From contig JBOGIG010000004.1 in the NCBI GenBank assembly GCA_050742455.1, positions 9,508 through 73,507 on the forward strand: 64,000 nt of DNA, given 5' to 3'. The DNA comes from Acidimicrobiales bacterium (GTDB lineage Bacteria; Actinomycetota; Acidimicrobiia; Acidimicrobiales; JBOGIG01). The translations under genes and the position numbers were made by a program. Positions 29,511-40,109 of the stretch are shown here, one piece after another. The notes beneath the pieces are model-generated. The model ran no database searches. It was not told the origin of the DNA and saw only the letters and a list, made by a program, of their open reading frames with translations. Numbering within the stretch: the first letter of the stretch is position 1; each line of letters starts with the position of its first letter.

Positions 29511-30510
29511 GAGCGGCGTCCCGGGCCCATCCCGGCTTATCGGCATCTTCGGGCTGATCGGCGTTGTCCTGTTAGCCGGGGCCTGTTCGGCGGTGCCGGA
29601 CCGGTCCCGCGCCGCCGGCGCTGGAACCTCTTCCCCGGCCCGGACCACTCCCGCTCTCGTCACCCAGCCATGGGCCGGTAAGCCGTCGGCTTTGGCCTTC
29701 GGCTTCGGCCATCTGTGGGTAGCAGACGATTCGGCCAACACGGTCACCCGGGTGGATCCAACTACCGGTCTGACCGATGGTCCAGCCATCGTCGTGGGCC
29801 GGGGCCCCACCGCCGTGGCGACCGGAGACGGAGCAGTGTGGGTGGTCTGCACCCCAACATCGAGCCTGTACCGAATTGACCCCTCGACCCAGGCAGTGGT
29901 GGGCGGCCCCATCCCCGTGGCGACGGATCCGGTGGCCGTGGTGGCCGGTGACGGCGCGGTATGGGTGGCAAGCCTGGCCGGAGCCTCCCTCACCCGGGTC
30001 GACCCCACCCTCAACCAGGCCGACGCCTTGGTGCCCTACCCGGCCGGGCCGGTTCGCCTGGCCTTGACCTCCTCGACCCTGTGGGTAACGGGATCGGATG
30101 GCACATTGAGCCGCCTTGACCCCCACAACGGCCAGGCCCTGGCCGCCACCTTGGCTCTGGGCGGATCCTCCTTCGGGGTAGCCACCGACGCCAGGTCGGC
30201 CTGGGTTTCGGACTTCCTGGGCAACCAAGTTCGCCGGGTCTCCATCGCCACCGGGTCGGTGGTTGGCTCGCCCATTCCCGTGGGTCACCATCCCGGCGTC
30301 ATGGCCGATGGATCAGGTTCGGTGTGGGTCACCAACCACGACGATTCTTCTGTGAGCCGCATCAACTCGACCACCGGGGCACTGGCCGCCCGATCCATTG
30401 CCGTGGGCGGCGTACCGCGCGACGTGGTCGTGGACCCCAATGGTCAAGCCTGGGTGGTCACGGTAAGACCTTCAGCCCTGGTGCGCCTCACCCCGCCACG
30501 GACCAGGTGA
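29449..30510 (+). CDS. Lipoprotein with about seven beta-propeller blades (Vgb/NHL/YVTN-like repeats)
   Basis: It has a lipobox (LLAGAC) and about seven repeats of G..P..VA.G.GAVWV....L.R(I/V)DP.T. A TTG start at 29449 follows a GGAAGGA-like SD. It overlaps the upstream gene by 62 nt. Confidence 0.65.
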   Translation: MSSEHPDLPPARSAGRRGPTESGVPGPSRLIGIFGLIGVVLLAGACSAVPDRSRAAGAGTSSPARTTPALVTQPWAGKPSALAFGFGHLWVADDSANTVTRVDPTTGLTDGPAIVVGRGPTAVATGDGAVWVVCTPTSSLYRIDPSTQAVVGGPIPVATDPVAVVAGDGAVWVASLAGASLTRVDPTLNQADALVPYPAGPVRLALTSSTLWVTGSDGTLSRLDPHNGQALAATLALGGSSFGVATDARSAWVSDFLGNQVRRVSIATGSVVGSPIPVGHHPGVMADGSGSVWVTNHDDSSVSRINSTTGALAARSIAVGGVPRDVVVDPNGQAWVVTVRPSALVRLTPPRTR

Positions 30511-30539
30511 GGCGCGGTGTTCGCTTCGGTCATGTGGCC

Positions 30540-31376
30540 ATGAGAATCGGCGTAACTATGTTCCAGACCGATTTGTCCATGCGGCCCGAAGCTCTGGCTC
30601 TGGCGGCTGAGGAACGGGGATTCAGCTCACTGTTTGTTCCTGAGCACACTCACATTCCCACCAGCCGCATCACCCCGGCCCCCACCGGCGAAGACACCCT
30701 GGACGACGCCTACAGCCGCACCCTCGACCCGCTCATCGGTCTGGCCGCGGCCGCCTCGGTCACGTCCAGCATCAAGTTGGGCACCGGAGTGGCGCTGGTG
30801 GCCCAGCATGATCCGGTGGTAATGGCCAAGCAGATCGCCACCCTGGATCACTTGTCTGGGGGGCGGTTCGTGTTGGGGGTGGGGTTCGGGTGGAACGCCG
30901 AGGAGATGGCCGATCACGGGGTAGCCTTTGACCGCCGCCGTGACGTGGTGCGCGATCACATGTTGGCCATGAACAGTCTCTGGAGCAGGGACGAGGCCTC
31001 CTATGCCGGCCCCTTCGTCAACCTCGCCCCCAGCTGGGCCTGGCCCAAGCCAGTGCAAAGACCGCGCCCCGTGACCCTTATTGGGGGAGGGGCCGGACCC
31101 AAACTCTTCGCCCACATCGTCGAGTACGCCGATGGGTGGATGCCCATGGGGGGATCGGGGCTGGCCGAGGCCCTGCCCCGGCTTCGCAGGGCCTTCGAGT
31201 CGGCCGGTCGGGATCCCTCGGGGCTGGTGGTGGTCCCCTTCGGCACGCTGCCCGACTCGGCCAAGCTCGACTACTACGAGAGCCTGGGGGTGAGCGAGGT
31301 CGTGCTCAGGGTCCCCTCCGGCCCGCCCGACGAGGTGCTGGCCACGCTTGACTCCTATACCCATTTCCTACGCTGA
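30540..31376 (+). CDS. LLM-class (luciferase-like) F420-dependent oxidoreductase
   Basis: MRIGVTMFQTD...FVPEHTHIP...GRFVLGVGFGWNAEE is typical of the F420-dependent LLM family. The start is at ATG 30540 inside the longer track ORF. Confidence 0.8.
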   Translation: MRIGVTMFQTDLSMRPEALALAAEERGFSSLFVPEHTHIPTSRITPAPTGEDTLDDAYSRTLDPLIGLAAAASVTSSIKLGTGVALVAQHDPVVMAKQIATLDHLSGGRFVLGVGFGWNAEEMADHGVAFDRRRDVVRDHMLAMNSLWSRDEASYAGPFVNLAPSWAWPKPVQRPRPVTLIGGGAGPKLFAHIVEYADGWMPMGGSGLAEALPRLRRAFESAGRDPSGLVVVPFGTLPDSAKLDYYESLGVSEVVLRVPSGPPDEVLATLDSYTHFLR

Positions 31377-31391
31377 GAGGGCGCCCCACTG

Positions 31392-33377
31392 ATGGACCAA
31401 TTTCCCCACTTGTTCTCGCCGCTCCAGGTCGGGCCGCGCCAGTCTCGCAATCGAGTCGTTTTCGGGGCCCACTTCACCGGGTACTCCGAACCGGCACCCG
31501 TCTGGGGCGAGCCGGGCATGTACGGGGCCCGGCTGGGACGCTACCTGGGTGAGCGTGCCCAAGGAGGGGCGGGTATCGTCATCGCAGGCCAGGCCCAAAT
31601 ACATCCGACCACGGCCTATCAGATGCCCAACAATGCCCGGGCCTGGGATCCAGCCTGCGTGGAAGGCTTCCAACAGGTAAGCGAACCGATCAAGAAAGCT
31701 GGGTCCCTCGCATTTTTGCAACTGGCCCACAATGGCGGTGTCAATCATGGGGCGTGGTCGAAGCTGGAGGTGTGGGCCCCATCCAACGTCGTCGCCTACC
31801 ACGACCCACCCAAGGAGATGGAGCCCGCCGACATCTCCGAGGTGATCGAGTACTTCGCCATCTCGGCGGCCAATGCCGCCGCCGGGGGCTTCGACGGCAT
31901 CGAGATACACGCCGCCCACGGCTATCTAATCCATGAGTTCTTGTCGCCTCTGTCGAATCATCGCCTCGATGAATACGGCGGCTCGGCCTCCAACCGGCTG
32001 AGGTTTCTGGTACACATCCTCGAGGCCACCAAGGCCGCGGTCGGCCCCGACGTGGTGGTGGGGATCCGCCTTGTCGGCGACGAAGCCCGCCCGGGCGGGC
32101 TGACTCCACTCGACGCCGGGGACATAGCTGCCCGGCTGGAGGAGATGAACCTGGTCGACTTCGTCAACGTGAGCGTGGGTACCTCGGGTCTGGGCATGGT
32201 CCGCCCCCTGTACGCGAAGCACCTCTTTGCCGTTTACGCCGCCGAGGCAGTGAAGAAGGCCGTTGACCACACGCCGGTATTCGCCGTGCACCGTATTGTG
32301 AGCCCCGATGAAGCGGAGGGAATCCTCCAGCGGGGAGAGGCCGACGCCGTCACCCTGGTCCGAGCCCTCATCGCCGACCCGGAATGGCCGTCAAAGGCGG
32401 CAGGGGGCCAGGCGGAGTCGATACGTCTTTGTACCGGGTGCAATCAGGGCTGCTATGGAAACCTGCTGGCAACGTTACCGGTGACCTGCGTGACCAACCC
32501 GGTGGTGGGTCGGGAGGACTCCTTGGGCCACGGCCGGCTGTCCCCCGCGGCCCAGCCGGGCCACGTAGTGGTGGTGGGAGCAGGCCCTGCCGGCCTGGAA
32601 GCGGCCTGGGTGGCTGCTGGGCGCGGTCATCGGGTCACGCTGTTGGAGAAGTCCGACCGGGCCGGAGGCCAGATCCGCCTGGCCCAGATCCTGCCCGGTC
32701 GGTCCGAGCTGGCCGACTTCGCCGACTGGAGGCTGGCTGAATGCGCCAGGCGCGGGGTTGACATCCGGCTCGGCATTCGCGCCGATGCATCGGTGGTATT
32801 GGGCCTTGATCCGAGTGCGGTGGTCATAGCCACTGGAGGTCGGGCCGACAAGTGTGGGTCCGCCAAGTGGCACCCCATGCCCATCCCCGGTGTAGAGGCC
32901 GACTTCGTCATCGACCACGTCCAGGCCATCGCCAACCCCGACTTGTGTGGCGATCGGGTGGTCATCCTCGACGCCGTGGGCCAGATAGAGGCCATAGGGC
33001 TGGGCGAGTTGCTGGCTCGGGCAGGTCGCGAGGTCACCGTGGTTAGTGCCCTGGCCGCCCCCATATCCCTGGATCCCGAAACGGCCCAGGCCGTCTTGTC
33101 CCGGGCCGCCCGCGCCGGCATGAAGTGGCGTCCCAATACGGTGATGACGGCCATCGGCGATCATGATGTCAGCCTCATCGACACCCTGTCGCTGGCCATC
33201 GAGGTCATCGCCGACGTCGACACCGTGGTCATCCGCACCCACGGCCTGCCCGAGGCCAGTCTGTATTTCGAATTGAAGGACCGGTTCGACAACCTGGTTC
33301 GGATTGGCGACGCGGTGGCCGTGCGCACGGCCGACCGGGCCATCTACGACGGGCACCTGGCCGGACTCAGGGTGTGA
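31392..33377 (+). CDS. 2,4-dienoyl-CoA reductase-like flavoprotein (OYE domain + Fe-S + FAD/NAD(P) domain)
   Basis: It has an OYE-type N-terminal domain ([14 protein letters not shown]), a Cys cluster ([10 protein letters not shown]), and a C-terminal [14 protein letters not shown] dinucleotide motif. Confidence 0.85.
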   Translation: MDQFPHLFSPLQVGPRQSRNRVVFGAHFTGYSEPAPVWGEPGMYGARLGRYLGERAQGGAGIVIAGQAQIHPTTAYQMPNNARAWDPACVEGFQQVSEPIKKAGSLAFLQLAHNGGVNHGAWSKLEVWAPSNVVAYHDPPKEMEPADISEVIEYFAISAANAAAGGFDGIEIHAAHGYLIHEFLSPLSNHRLDEYGGSASNRLRFLVHILEATKAAVGPDVVVGIRLVGDEARPGGLTPLDAGDIAARLEEMNLVDFVNVSVGTSGLGMVRPLYAKHLFAVYAAEAVKKAVDHTPVFAVHRIVSPDEAEGILQRGEADAVTLVRALIADPEWPSKAAGGQAESIRLCTGCNQGCYGNLLATLPVTCVTNPVVGREDSLGHGRLSPAAQPGHVVVVGAGPAGLEAAWVAAGRGHRVTLLEKSDRAGGQIRLAQILPGRSELADFADWRLAECARRGVDIRLGIRADASVVLGLDPSAVVIATGGRADKCGSAKWHPMPIPGVEADFVIDHVQAIANPDLCGDRVVILDAVGQIEAIGLGELLARAGREVTVVSALAAPISLDPETAQAVLSRAARAGMKWRPNTVMTAIGDHDVSLIDTLSLAIEVIADVDTVVIRTHGLPEASLYFELKDRFDNLVRIGDAVAVRTADRAIYDGHLAGLRV

Positions 33378-33393
33378 TCCTGGTGGGAATGGG

Positions 33394-33933
33394 TCAGGCC
33401 GGCTGGCCGAATTGCTCGAGGAAGTTCAACAGGTCGTCGGCGTGCTCCTCCTCCACGGCAAGGATGTCCTCCAGCATGCGCCGGGTGGTGGTGTCATGGG
33501 AGCCCAACCAGGAGATCATCTCCGAGTAAGAGGCAATGGCGACTCGCTCAGCCACCAGGTCCTCCTTGATCATGTCGATCAAATCGGTGCCGGGTGCGTA
33601 CTCGGCGTGGCTGCGGTCGAGGAGGGTGGCGGGGTTGAAGTCGGGCTCTCCTTGTAGTTGGCGGATACGCCCGGCGATCTGATCGGCATGACCCTGCTCC
33701 TCAGTGGCGTGTTGGAGGAATTCTTGGGCCACCGAGGCGGAATTGATTCCTTCCGCCATGTAGTAGTGACGCCGGTAGCGCAGCACGCAGACCAACTCGG
33801 TGGCCAGGGCCTCGTTCAACACGGTAATGACCCGCTCCCGGTCGGCGCCGTAGGAGTCGGTAATCGGCCCCCGTTCGATATGGGCCCGGGCATTGCGTCT
33901 CAGCGTCTCGACGTCGGTGAGGAATTCGGCCAT
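33394..33933 (-). CDS. Bacterioferritin/ferritin-like diiron protein
   Basis: It has four-helix-bundle diiron motifs (LNEALATEL...EEQGHADQIAGRI...EE.HADDL). Confidence 0.7.
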   Translation of the reverse strand: MAEFLTDVETLRRNARAHIERGPITDSYGADRERVITVLNEALATELVCVLRYRRHYYMAEGINSASVAQEFLQHATEEQGHADQIAGRIRQLQGEPDFNPATLLDRSHAEYAPGTDLIDMIKEDLVAERVAIASYSEMISWLGSHDTTTRRMLEDILAVEEEHADDLLNFLEQFGQPA

Positions 33934-33935
33934 GC

Positions 33936-34406
33936 CTACAGACTAGGGGTGAGCCGACCTCCGGGGTCCGCCCTCTTTGCCCGCGAGGAACGAACAGCGC
34001 TCGCCACGGCTTCGACCACGGCCTCAGGGGATGCCCCAGGTCCGAGGATGGCGGCTACGCCGGCCCTGTGCATGGCGTCGACATCTATTTCGGGGACCAC
34101 GCCGCCGACGATGACCGGAACGTCCACGCCGGCGGCAGACAGGCTCTGAACCACTGCCGGAGCCAGAGTCAGGTGGGCGCCGTTGTGCATAGAAAGCCCC
34201 ACGGCGTCGACGTCCTCGTCCAAGGCGGCGGCGGCGATGCCGTCGGGCGTTTGGCGCAGCCCTCCGTAAATGACCTCCATGCCCGCATCTCTCAGCATGC
34301 GGGCCACCACTTTGATGCCCCGATCGTGGCCGTCCAGGCCCACCTTGGCCACAAGTATCCGAAGGGGTTCAGGCCGGTCAGCCTCAGGATCGGGCGCGGC
34401 CGACAC
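33936..34406 (-). CDS. Acyl-CoA mutase B12-binding small subunit
   Basis: It has the cobalamin-binding DxHxxG motif (GLDGHDRG) and a flavodoxin-like fold pattern. It immediately follows the large subunit. Confidence 0.88.
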   Translation of the reverse strand: MSAAPDPEADRPEPLRILVAKVGLDGHDRGIKVVARMLRDAGMEVIYGGLRQTPDGIAAAALDEDVDAVGLSMHNGAHLTLAPAVVQSLSAAGVDVPVIVGGVVPEIDVDAMHRAGVAAILGPGASPEAVVEAVASAVRSSRAKRADPGGRLTPSL

Positions 34407-36035
<1,629 letters not shown>

Positions 36036-36067
36036 TGTCCAATCCTATCGTCGCAGGAACGGGGGTC

Positions 36068-36142
36068 GCCTTGAGGTCGTGGGCGCCGTCAGGCCTTGAG
36101 GTCGTGGGGGCCGTCAGGCCTTGAGGTCGTGGGGGCCGTCAG
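36068..36142. repeat. 3 x 25-bp tandem repeat (gccttgaggtcgtgggSgccgtcag)
   Basis: The copies are at 36068, 36093 and 36118, with one mismatch in copy 1. The repeat lies between the mutase start (36035) and the DinB-like stop (36147). Confidence 0.95.
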
Positions 36143-36146
36143 GGTG

Positions 36147-36719
36147 TCACGAGGTCATCCCACCCAGCCCCACCAAGCCCCGGGCCAGCTCGATCTCTCC
36201 CATGTGGCGCAGGCCGTGCTGGTAGATCCAACACTCGGCGGCGTCGAGCACGGTAATCCCCTCGCTCCCAGCCACTCGGGCACTGTAGGTACCGGCAATC
36301 TGAGGGGGGAAGGGTCGGCCGATGACAATGCGAGCCAGCTCGGCTGTCTCCAGCTCATCCAGCCATTCCTCGGTGCGGGTGAAAACCGCCCGCTGATAGT
36401 CCTGGAAGCCGGCGTAGTCACCGATCCGCTGGTGGACCATTTCGGCTACGGTCCGCTCCTTGCCGTGATCGGCGATGGCGGGATTCACCCGGGCCAACCA
36501 GTTATCGTCCCAGACGGCTGGTGCGCCGGTCATGACAGTGAAGGCCACGTCCATCATGTTGGTCACGTGGAAGAGGCAAAAGGCAATAGGTACTACGCCG
36601 TCCCGCTCGAAGTGGTTCACCTGATCAAGGCTCATGGAACTGACGGCGTCGTAATAGAGCGAGTGCATGGCCCTCATACGCCGGCGGAGCGAGTCCAGTA
36701 CTTCGGGTTCAGATGCCAT
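36147..36719 (-). CDS. DinB-superfamily (DinB_2-like) metal-dependent protein
   Basis: It has the four-helix DinB pattern (HSLYYDAV...HVTNMMD...IYQHGLRHMGEIE). The start is at ATG 36719. The longer track ORF to 37286 overlaps the divergent LLM gene. Confidence 0.6.
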   Translation of the reverse strand: MASEPEVLDSLRRRMRAMHSLYYDAVSSMSLDQVNHFERDGVVPIAFCLFHVTNMMDVAFTVMTGAPAVWDDNWLARVNPAIADHGKERTVAEMVHQRIGDYAGFQDYQRAVFTRTEEWLDELETAELARIVIGRPFPPQIAGTYSARVAGSEGITVLDAAECWIYQHGLRHMGEIELARGLVGLGGMTS

Positions 36720-36727
36720 GGCACTGA

Positions 36728-36781
36728 CCTTACCCGTCTGGCTTAGGATTCTTCCCTTACCCGTCTGGCTTAGGATTCTTC
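36728..36781. repeat. Perfect 2 x 27-bp tandem duplication (ccttacccgtctggcttaggattcttc)
   Basis: It fills 54 of the 63 bp between the divergent starts at 36719 (-) and 36783 (+). Confidence 0.97.
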
Positions 36782-36782
36782 G

Positions 36783-37694
36783 ATGCGCTTCAGTGTCTGG
36801 CCCAGTTCTCAACGATCCTGGGACGAGGTCCTGGCCCTGGTCGTGGCGTGCGATCGGACCGGATGGGACGGGGCCTATTTCGCCGACCACTTCATGCCCA
36901 ACGACACCGCCGGCAAACCGGTCGAGGGCGCCATGTTGGAATGCTGGGCGGTCCTGGCAGCGCTGGCAGCCTGCACCAACCATGTGCGTCTCGGTCCTTT
37001 GGTATCGGGGAACCTGTACCGCCATCCGGCCGTGGTGGCCAAGGCGGCGACCACTATCGACCAGATAAGTTCCGGACGCTTCGTGCTCGGCCTGGGCGCC
37101 GGTTGGCAGGTCAACGAGCATGTCGCCTACGGAATCGACCTCCTGGATATCAAGCCTCGCCTCGATCACTTCGAGGAGGCCTGCGCTGCGATCTCGTTGT
37201 TGGTGAATCAAACCCGGGCCAACTTCTCCGGGGCCCACTACCAACTCACCGACGCGCCCTGCGATCCCAAGCCGGTTGGGGGCCACATGCCGATCCTGGT
37301 GGGAGCCAGCGGAGAGAAGCGTTCCATGCGCATCGCCGCCCGCTACGCCGACGAGTGGAACGCCTGGTGCACGCCGGACCTATTCCGCCACAAGACTCAA
37401 GTGCTGGATCGGCACTGCGAGACCATCGGACGGGACCCGAAGTCGATTTCCAGATCGACCCAAGCGATGGTCTATTTGAGTTCCGACGAATCGTGGCTAT
37501 CCCGCCACCGATCAGAGGAGTCGGGGCGGCCGATCCTCATCGGAAAGCCGGAAGAGATCGTCGACCAGGTGGCCGCCTACCAGGCGGTGGGGGTAGACGA
37601 GCTGATAGTGCCCGACTGGAACATGGGATCAGTAGAGCGAGCGGGCGACACGCTGGACCTTTTCTGGACGGAAGTGGCCTCGCAGTTTCGCTGA
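36783..37694 (+). CDS. LLM-class F420-dependent oxidoreductase
   Basis: MRFSVWP...YFADHFMP...GRFVLGLGAGWQVNEH has the luciferase-like monooxygenase family pattern. Confidence 0.82.
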   Translation: MRFSVWPSSQRSWDEVLALVVACDRTGWDGAYFADHFMPNDTAGKPVEGAMLECWAVLAALAACTNHVRLGPLVSGNLYRHPAVVAKAATTIDQISSGRFVLGLGAGWQVNEHVAYGIDLLDIKPRLDHFEEACAAISLLVNQTRANFSGAHYQLTDAPCDPKPVGGHMPILVGASGEKRSMRIAARYADEWNAWCTPDLFRHKTQVLDRHCETIGRDPKSISRSTQAMVYLSSDESWLSRHRSEESGRPILIGKPEEIVDQVAAYQAVGVDELIVPDWNMGSVERAGDTLDLFWTEVASQFR

Positions 37695-37737
37695 GCGAAC
37701 CTGGGCCGGAGTCACGGGCCGAGAACGGCCGAGCCGG

Positions 37738-38697
37738 TCATCCCCACGCACGCAGCAGCGACTCGGCTCCGGCGGCCAATTCTCTGACGATTTCCGCGGC
37801 CGGCTGCTCGCCGCGCACGGCGCCGACTGACTCTCCGGCGTAGAGGGCCATCGCTCCAATCTCTCCTGAAGTCGATCTTGTGGGACAGACGACGGAGTAC
37901 TTGGGAACAGCCGTGTGGACTTCCCCCATCGCTATCTCGCCCACCACCTCGCCTCGAAAAGCATGTGATGCCTCGACGGCTGAGCGCAGCACGCGGTGGG
38001 GAGCACCAGGCCACATAACCGAGAACACCTCGGTCAGAACCGTGTCTTGGGGTCCGGCCGCTATAAGTCGCTTGAGGTACTCAGGATGCACGTCTGCTTC
38101 CGAAGCGGCGAGAAACCGCGTGCCGACTCGGACTGCGGCAGCGCCAGCCGCAAGAGCGGCCGCCATCATTCGGGCCGTGCCTATTCCACCGGAGGCAACC
38201 ACAGGCACGTCGACCACATCGAGCACCTGACCCAACAGCACGAAGAGGCTGGTCGTCCCCCGAACGTGGCCGCCGGCCTCGGTGCCTTGGGCGATGACAA
38301 TGTCGCACCCGGCGTCGGCCGCTTGGCGGGCTTCCAGTTCTGAACCGACCTGCCACGCCGCCAGCGCTCCGCCCCGATGAGCCAACTCGACGAGCGATGC
38401 TTCGGGAGAGCCGTAGAAGAACTCGATGATCCTTACATGTTCGGCGGCCGCCTTCACGCAGTCCCGGTTGAGGAAGGGCATAAGAAAATTGATCCCGACC
38501 GTGCCCGCGGTGCGAGACTTCATCTCGAGTAGCGCGTCGCCAACCTGGCTGGGATGCGTCAAGGGAAGTGCGACCATACCTACTGCCCCCGCGTCGGCAA
38601 CCGCTATGGCTAGGTCGGGACTGGCCACCATGCCCATCCCCGCTTGTTGGAGCGGGACCAGGCACCCGACCAACTCAGTAAACGCAGTCGTAAGCAT
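37738..38697 (-). CDS. Nitronate monooxygenase / FabK-like FMN oxidoreductase
   Basis: It has the NMO family pattern (PLQQAGMGMVASPDLAIAVADAGAVGM ... GTEAGGH ... ASGGIG). Confidence 0.85.
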   Translation of the reverse strand: MLTTAFTELVGCLVPLQQAGMGMVASPDLAIAVADAGAVGMVALPLTHPSQVGDALLEMKSRTAGTVGINFLMPFLNRDCVKAAAEHVRIIEFFYGSPEASLVELAHRGGALAAWQVGSELEARQAADAGCDIVIAQGTEAGGHVRGTTSLFVLLGQVLDVVDVPVVASGGIGTARMMAAALAAGAAAVRVGTRFLAASEADVHPEYLKRLIAAGPQDTVLTEVFSVMWPGAPHRVLRSAVEASHAFRGEVVGEIAMGEVHTAVPKYSVVCPTRSTSGEIGAMALYAGESVGAVRGEQPAAEIVRELAAGAESLLRAWG

Positions 38698-38816
38698 GGG
38701 TCATGGAACACCTTGGGTAGAACCGTCCGTCACGGTATCGCGCGCCAGTCTAGTCCCAGTTCCTGCCTATCCTGGACGGCACCAACATGCACCGCCAGAT
38801 CATTTGTCGCCATCGT

Positions 38817-38854
38817 CCGTCGTCACATCTTGGTTTGCCGTCGTCACATCTTGG
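38817..38854. repeat. 17-bp direct repeat (ccgtcgtcacatcttgg) x2 with 21-bp period
   Basis: The copies are at 38817-38833 and 38838-38854, in the lower-GC intergenic region upstream of the 38937 ORF. Confidence 0.85.
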
Positions 38855-38936
38855 CACATAGTTGACAACTCTGCGACCTCATGCAAACCTTGACGCAAGT
38901 CATTGACCAAAGCGCCCAAAGCGCCCCAAATCGGAG

Positions 38937-39782
38937 GTGCTTGTCACGGGAAATGCAAAGCCTCGTCTACGTGGTCAAGGATTTATCCTCATCGTCAGTG
39001 TCGTTACGGTCCTAGGCATCATGGGGGTCGCAGCTGCAGTTGTGGTGCCATCAAGCGGAAGCCATCAATCGCCGACCGGTGCCAATGGCCAACCCCTCGG
39101 AGTGTCGAACCACCAAGTGTTTGTACCGACGCCTACGGGTCCAGGTACCGGCATGGTACCGGTACCTCACCCATATCCGACACCGCCGATCGTGCAGTGC
39201 GACCAGACAAACTTCTTCGGCACTAGGTCCCAGCTCTCGGCTGTCGAGGCCCGGCTCGGCACCCTAGTTGCCTGTGGGCGATTCGAGTCACAAACTCAGT
39301 GGATCTTGATCTTTGGCGGCCAACGCCCGAACCCGGCGTGGACGGCGAGCAGCGCCAGTTCAGTACCGCCAACCATTGTCGCTCCATTTGGTGATTGGTC
39401 AATAGCGACTGACACGTGTGCGACCACTGACACCAATTGCCTACATCCTTCAGCGGGCCACACTTTCGCTAGCTTTACCGTATATCAACCACCGTCCTGG
39501 CCTGGCGTTGGATTCAGCCACTTGCCGACCATTACCTCGATATACGGATCTAAACTAATAGCTTTACCCAACGGGCCGTGTTACCAGGTCGTCTTCAATG
39601 TCGACAACCATGTCTGGTACGAGCCAACTGGGAAAGGCCAATTCAACGCACTCTTGGCCGGCGATGCAAGCGGTATGCCGCGCTTTGCCAATCAACCACA
39701 ATCGCTGAGCGCAGATGAGGCTCTCACAAAGTCGCGTCCGTCCTCCACCTCGCAGCCAAGTGCATGCCCGATCGCCAGGTGA
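38937..39782 (+). CDS. Hypothetical membrane-anchored/secreted protein
   Basis: It has an N-terminal TM helix (FILIVSVVTVLGIMGVAAAVVV) and a Pro-rich linker. No family was recognised. GC is lower than in flanking genes, and the GTG start is uncertain. Confidence 0.5.
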   Translation: MLVTGNAKPRLRGQGFILIVSVVTVLGIMGVAAAVVVPSSGSHQSPTGANGQPLGVSNHQVFVPTPTGPGTGMVPVPHPYPTPPIVQCDQTNFFGTRSQLSAVEARLGTLVACGRFESQTQWILIFGGQRPNPAWTASSASSVPPTIVAPFGDWSIATDTCATTDTNCLHPSAGHTFASFTVYQPPSWPGVGFSHLPTITSIYGSKLIALPNGPCYQVVFNVDNHVWYEPTGKGQFNALLAGDASGMPRFANQPQSLSADEALTKSRPSSTSQPSACPIAR

Positions 39783-40109
39783 TACCCGACCGCCAAAGGA
39801 ATCCGGTGACACTACATGAACCGATCTGACGGATACAGAAGATGGCACGGCCAAAGCTTTAGCATTGCGTTGGGTCTGGGCACCGCCGCCGTTGGCGTCG
39901 CCATTGCACAACCTCTGCCGGCGTTTGCCCAGGCCCCTAAGGCCGGCTTTTGGATGGAAGATACGGCCCCAGGATACGGACTAGCACGGAGCGCCAATGA
40001 TACCGGTCGTCATCGACGCCTCTGCCGGCGCTGAGATCGTCGTCGGCATCGGTCCGAGGCCAGGGTCTCGCCCGCCCTTCCTTAACAGTTTGGTCCGGTT
40101 CGGCAGGCG

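Noticed and set aside
28437-30014. A 525-aa minus-strand ORF spanning three plus-strand genes
   Set aside because: The product is low-complexity and Arg/Pro/Gly/Ala-rich with no motifs. The plus-strand frames encode clear TM helices, a lipobox and regular beta-propeller repeats. This is a typical high-GC antisense artefact.
36036-36146. Cobalamin riboswitch upstream of the B12-dependent mutase genes
   Set aside because: The region is only 111 bp and is mostly tandem repeat. I see no B12-box-like sequence, and mutases use B12 rather than making or importing it, so none is expected.
36068-36781. Possibility that the 25-bp and 27-bp repeats are a small CRISPR array
   Set aside because: The units are directly adjacent with no unique spacers. 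The two arrays have unrelated sequences, and no cas genes are present in the window.
36720-37286. N-terminal 189-aa extension of the DinB-like ORF (track ORF 36147..37286)
   Set aside because: The extension overlaps the well-supported divergent LLM oxidoreductase gene and reads through the 27-bp duplication. The DinB homology begins at the ATG at 36719.
39816-40034. A 72-aa ORF with a signal-peptide-like stretch (IALGLGTAAVGVAIAQPLPAFA)
   Set aside because: It is short, lies in decayed islet DNA, and has no homology or RBS that I can point to. It cannot be distinguished from a chance ORF.
39997-40060. MIPVVIDASAGAEIVVG... resembling the first strand and catalytic Asp of a PIN-domain (VapC) toxin
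   Set aside because: Only about 17 residues look PIN-like, after which the frame becomes Pro/Gly/Arg-rich and runs into the convergent nucleotidyltransferase gene. No VapB-like ORF ends at the ATG. At best it is a tiny remnant, and the match is too short to support a call.
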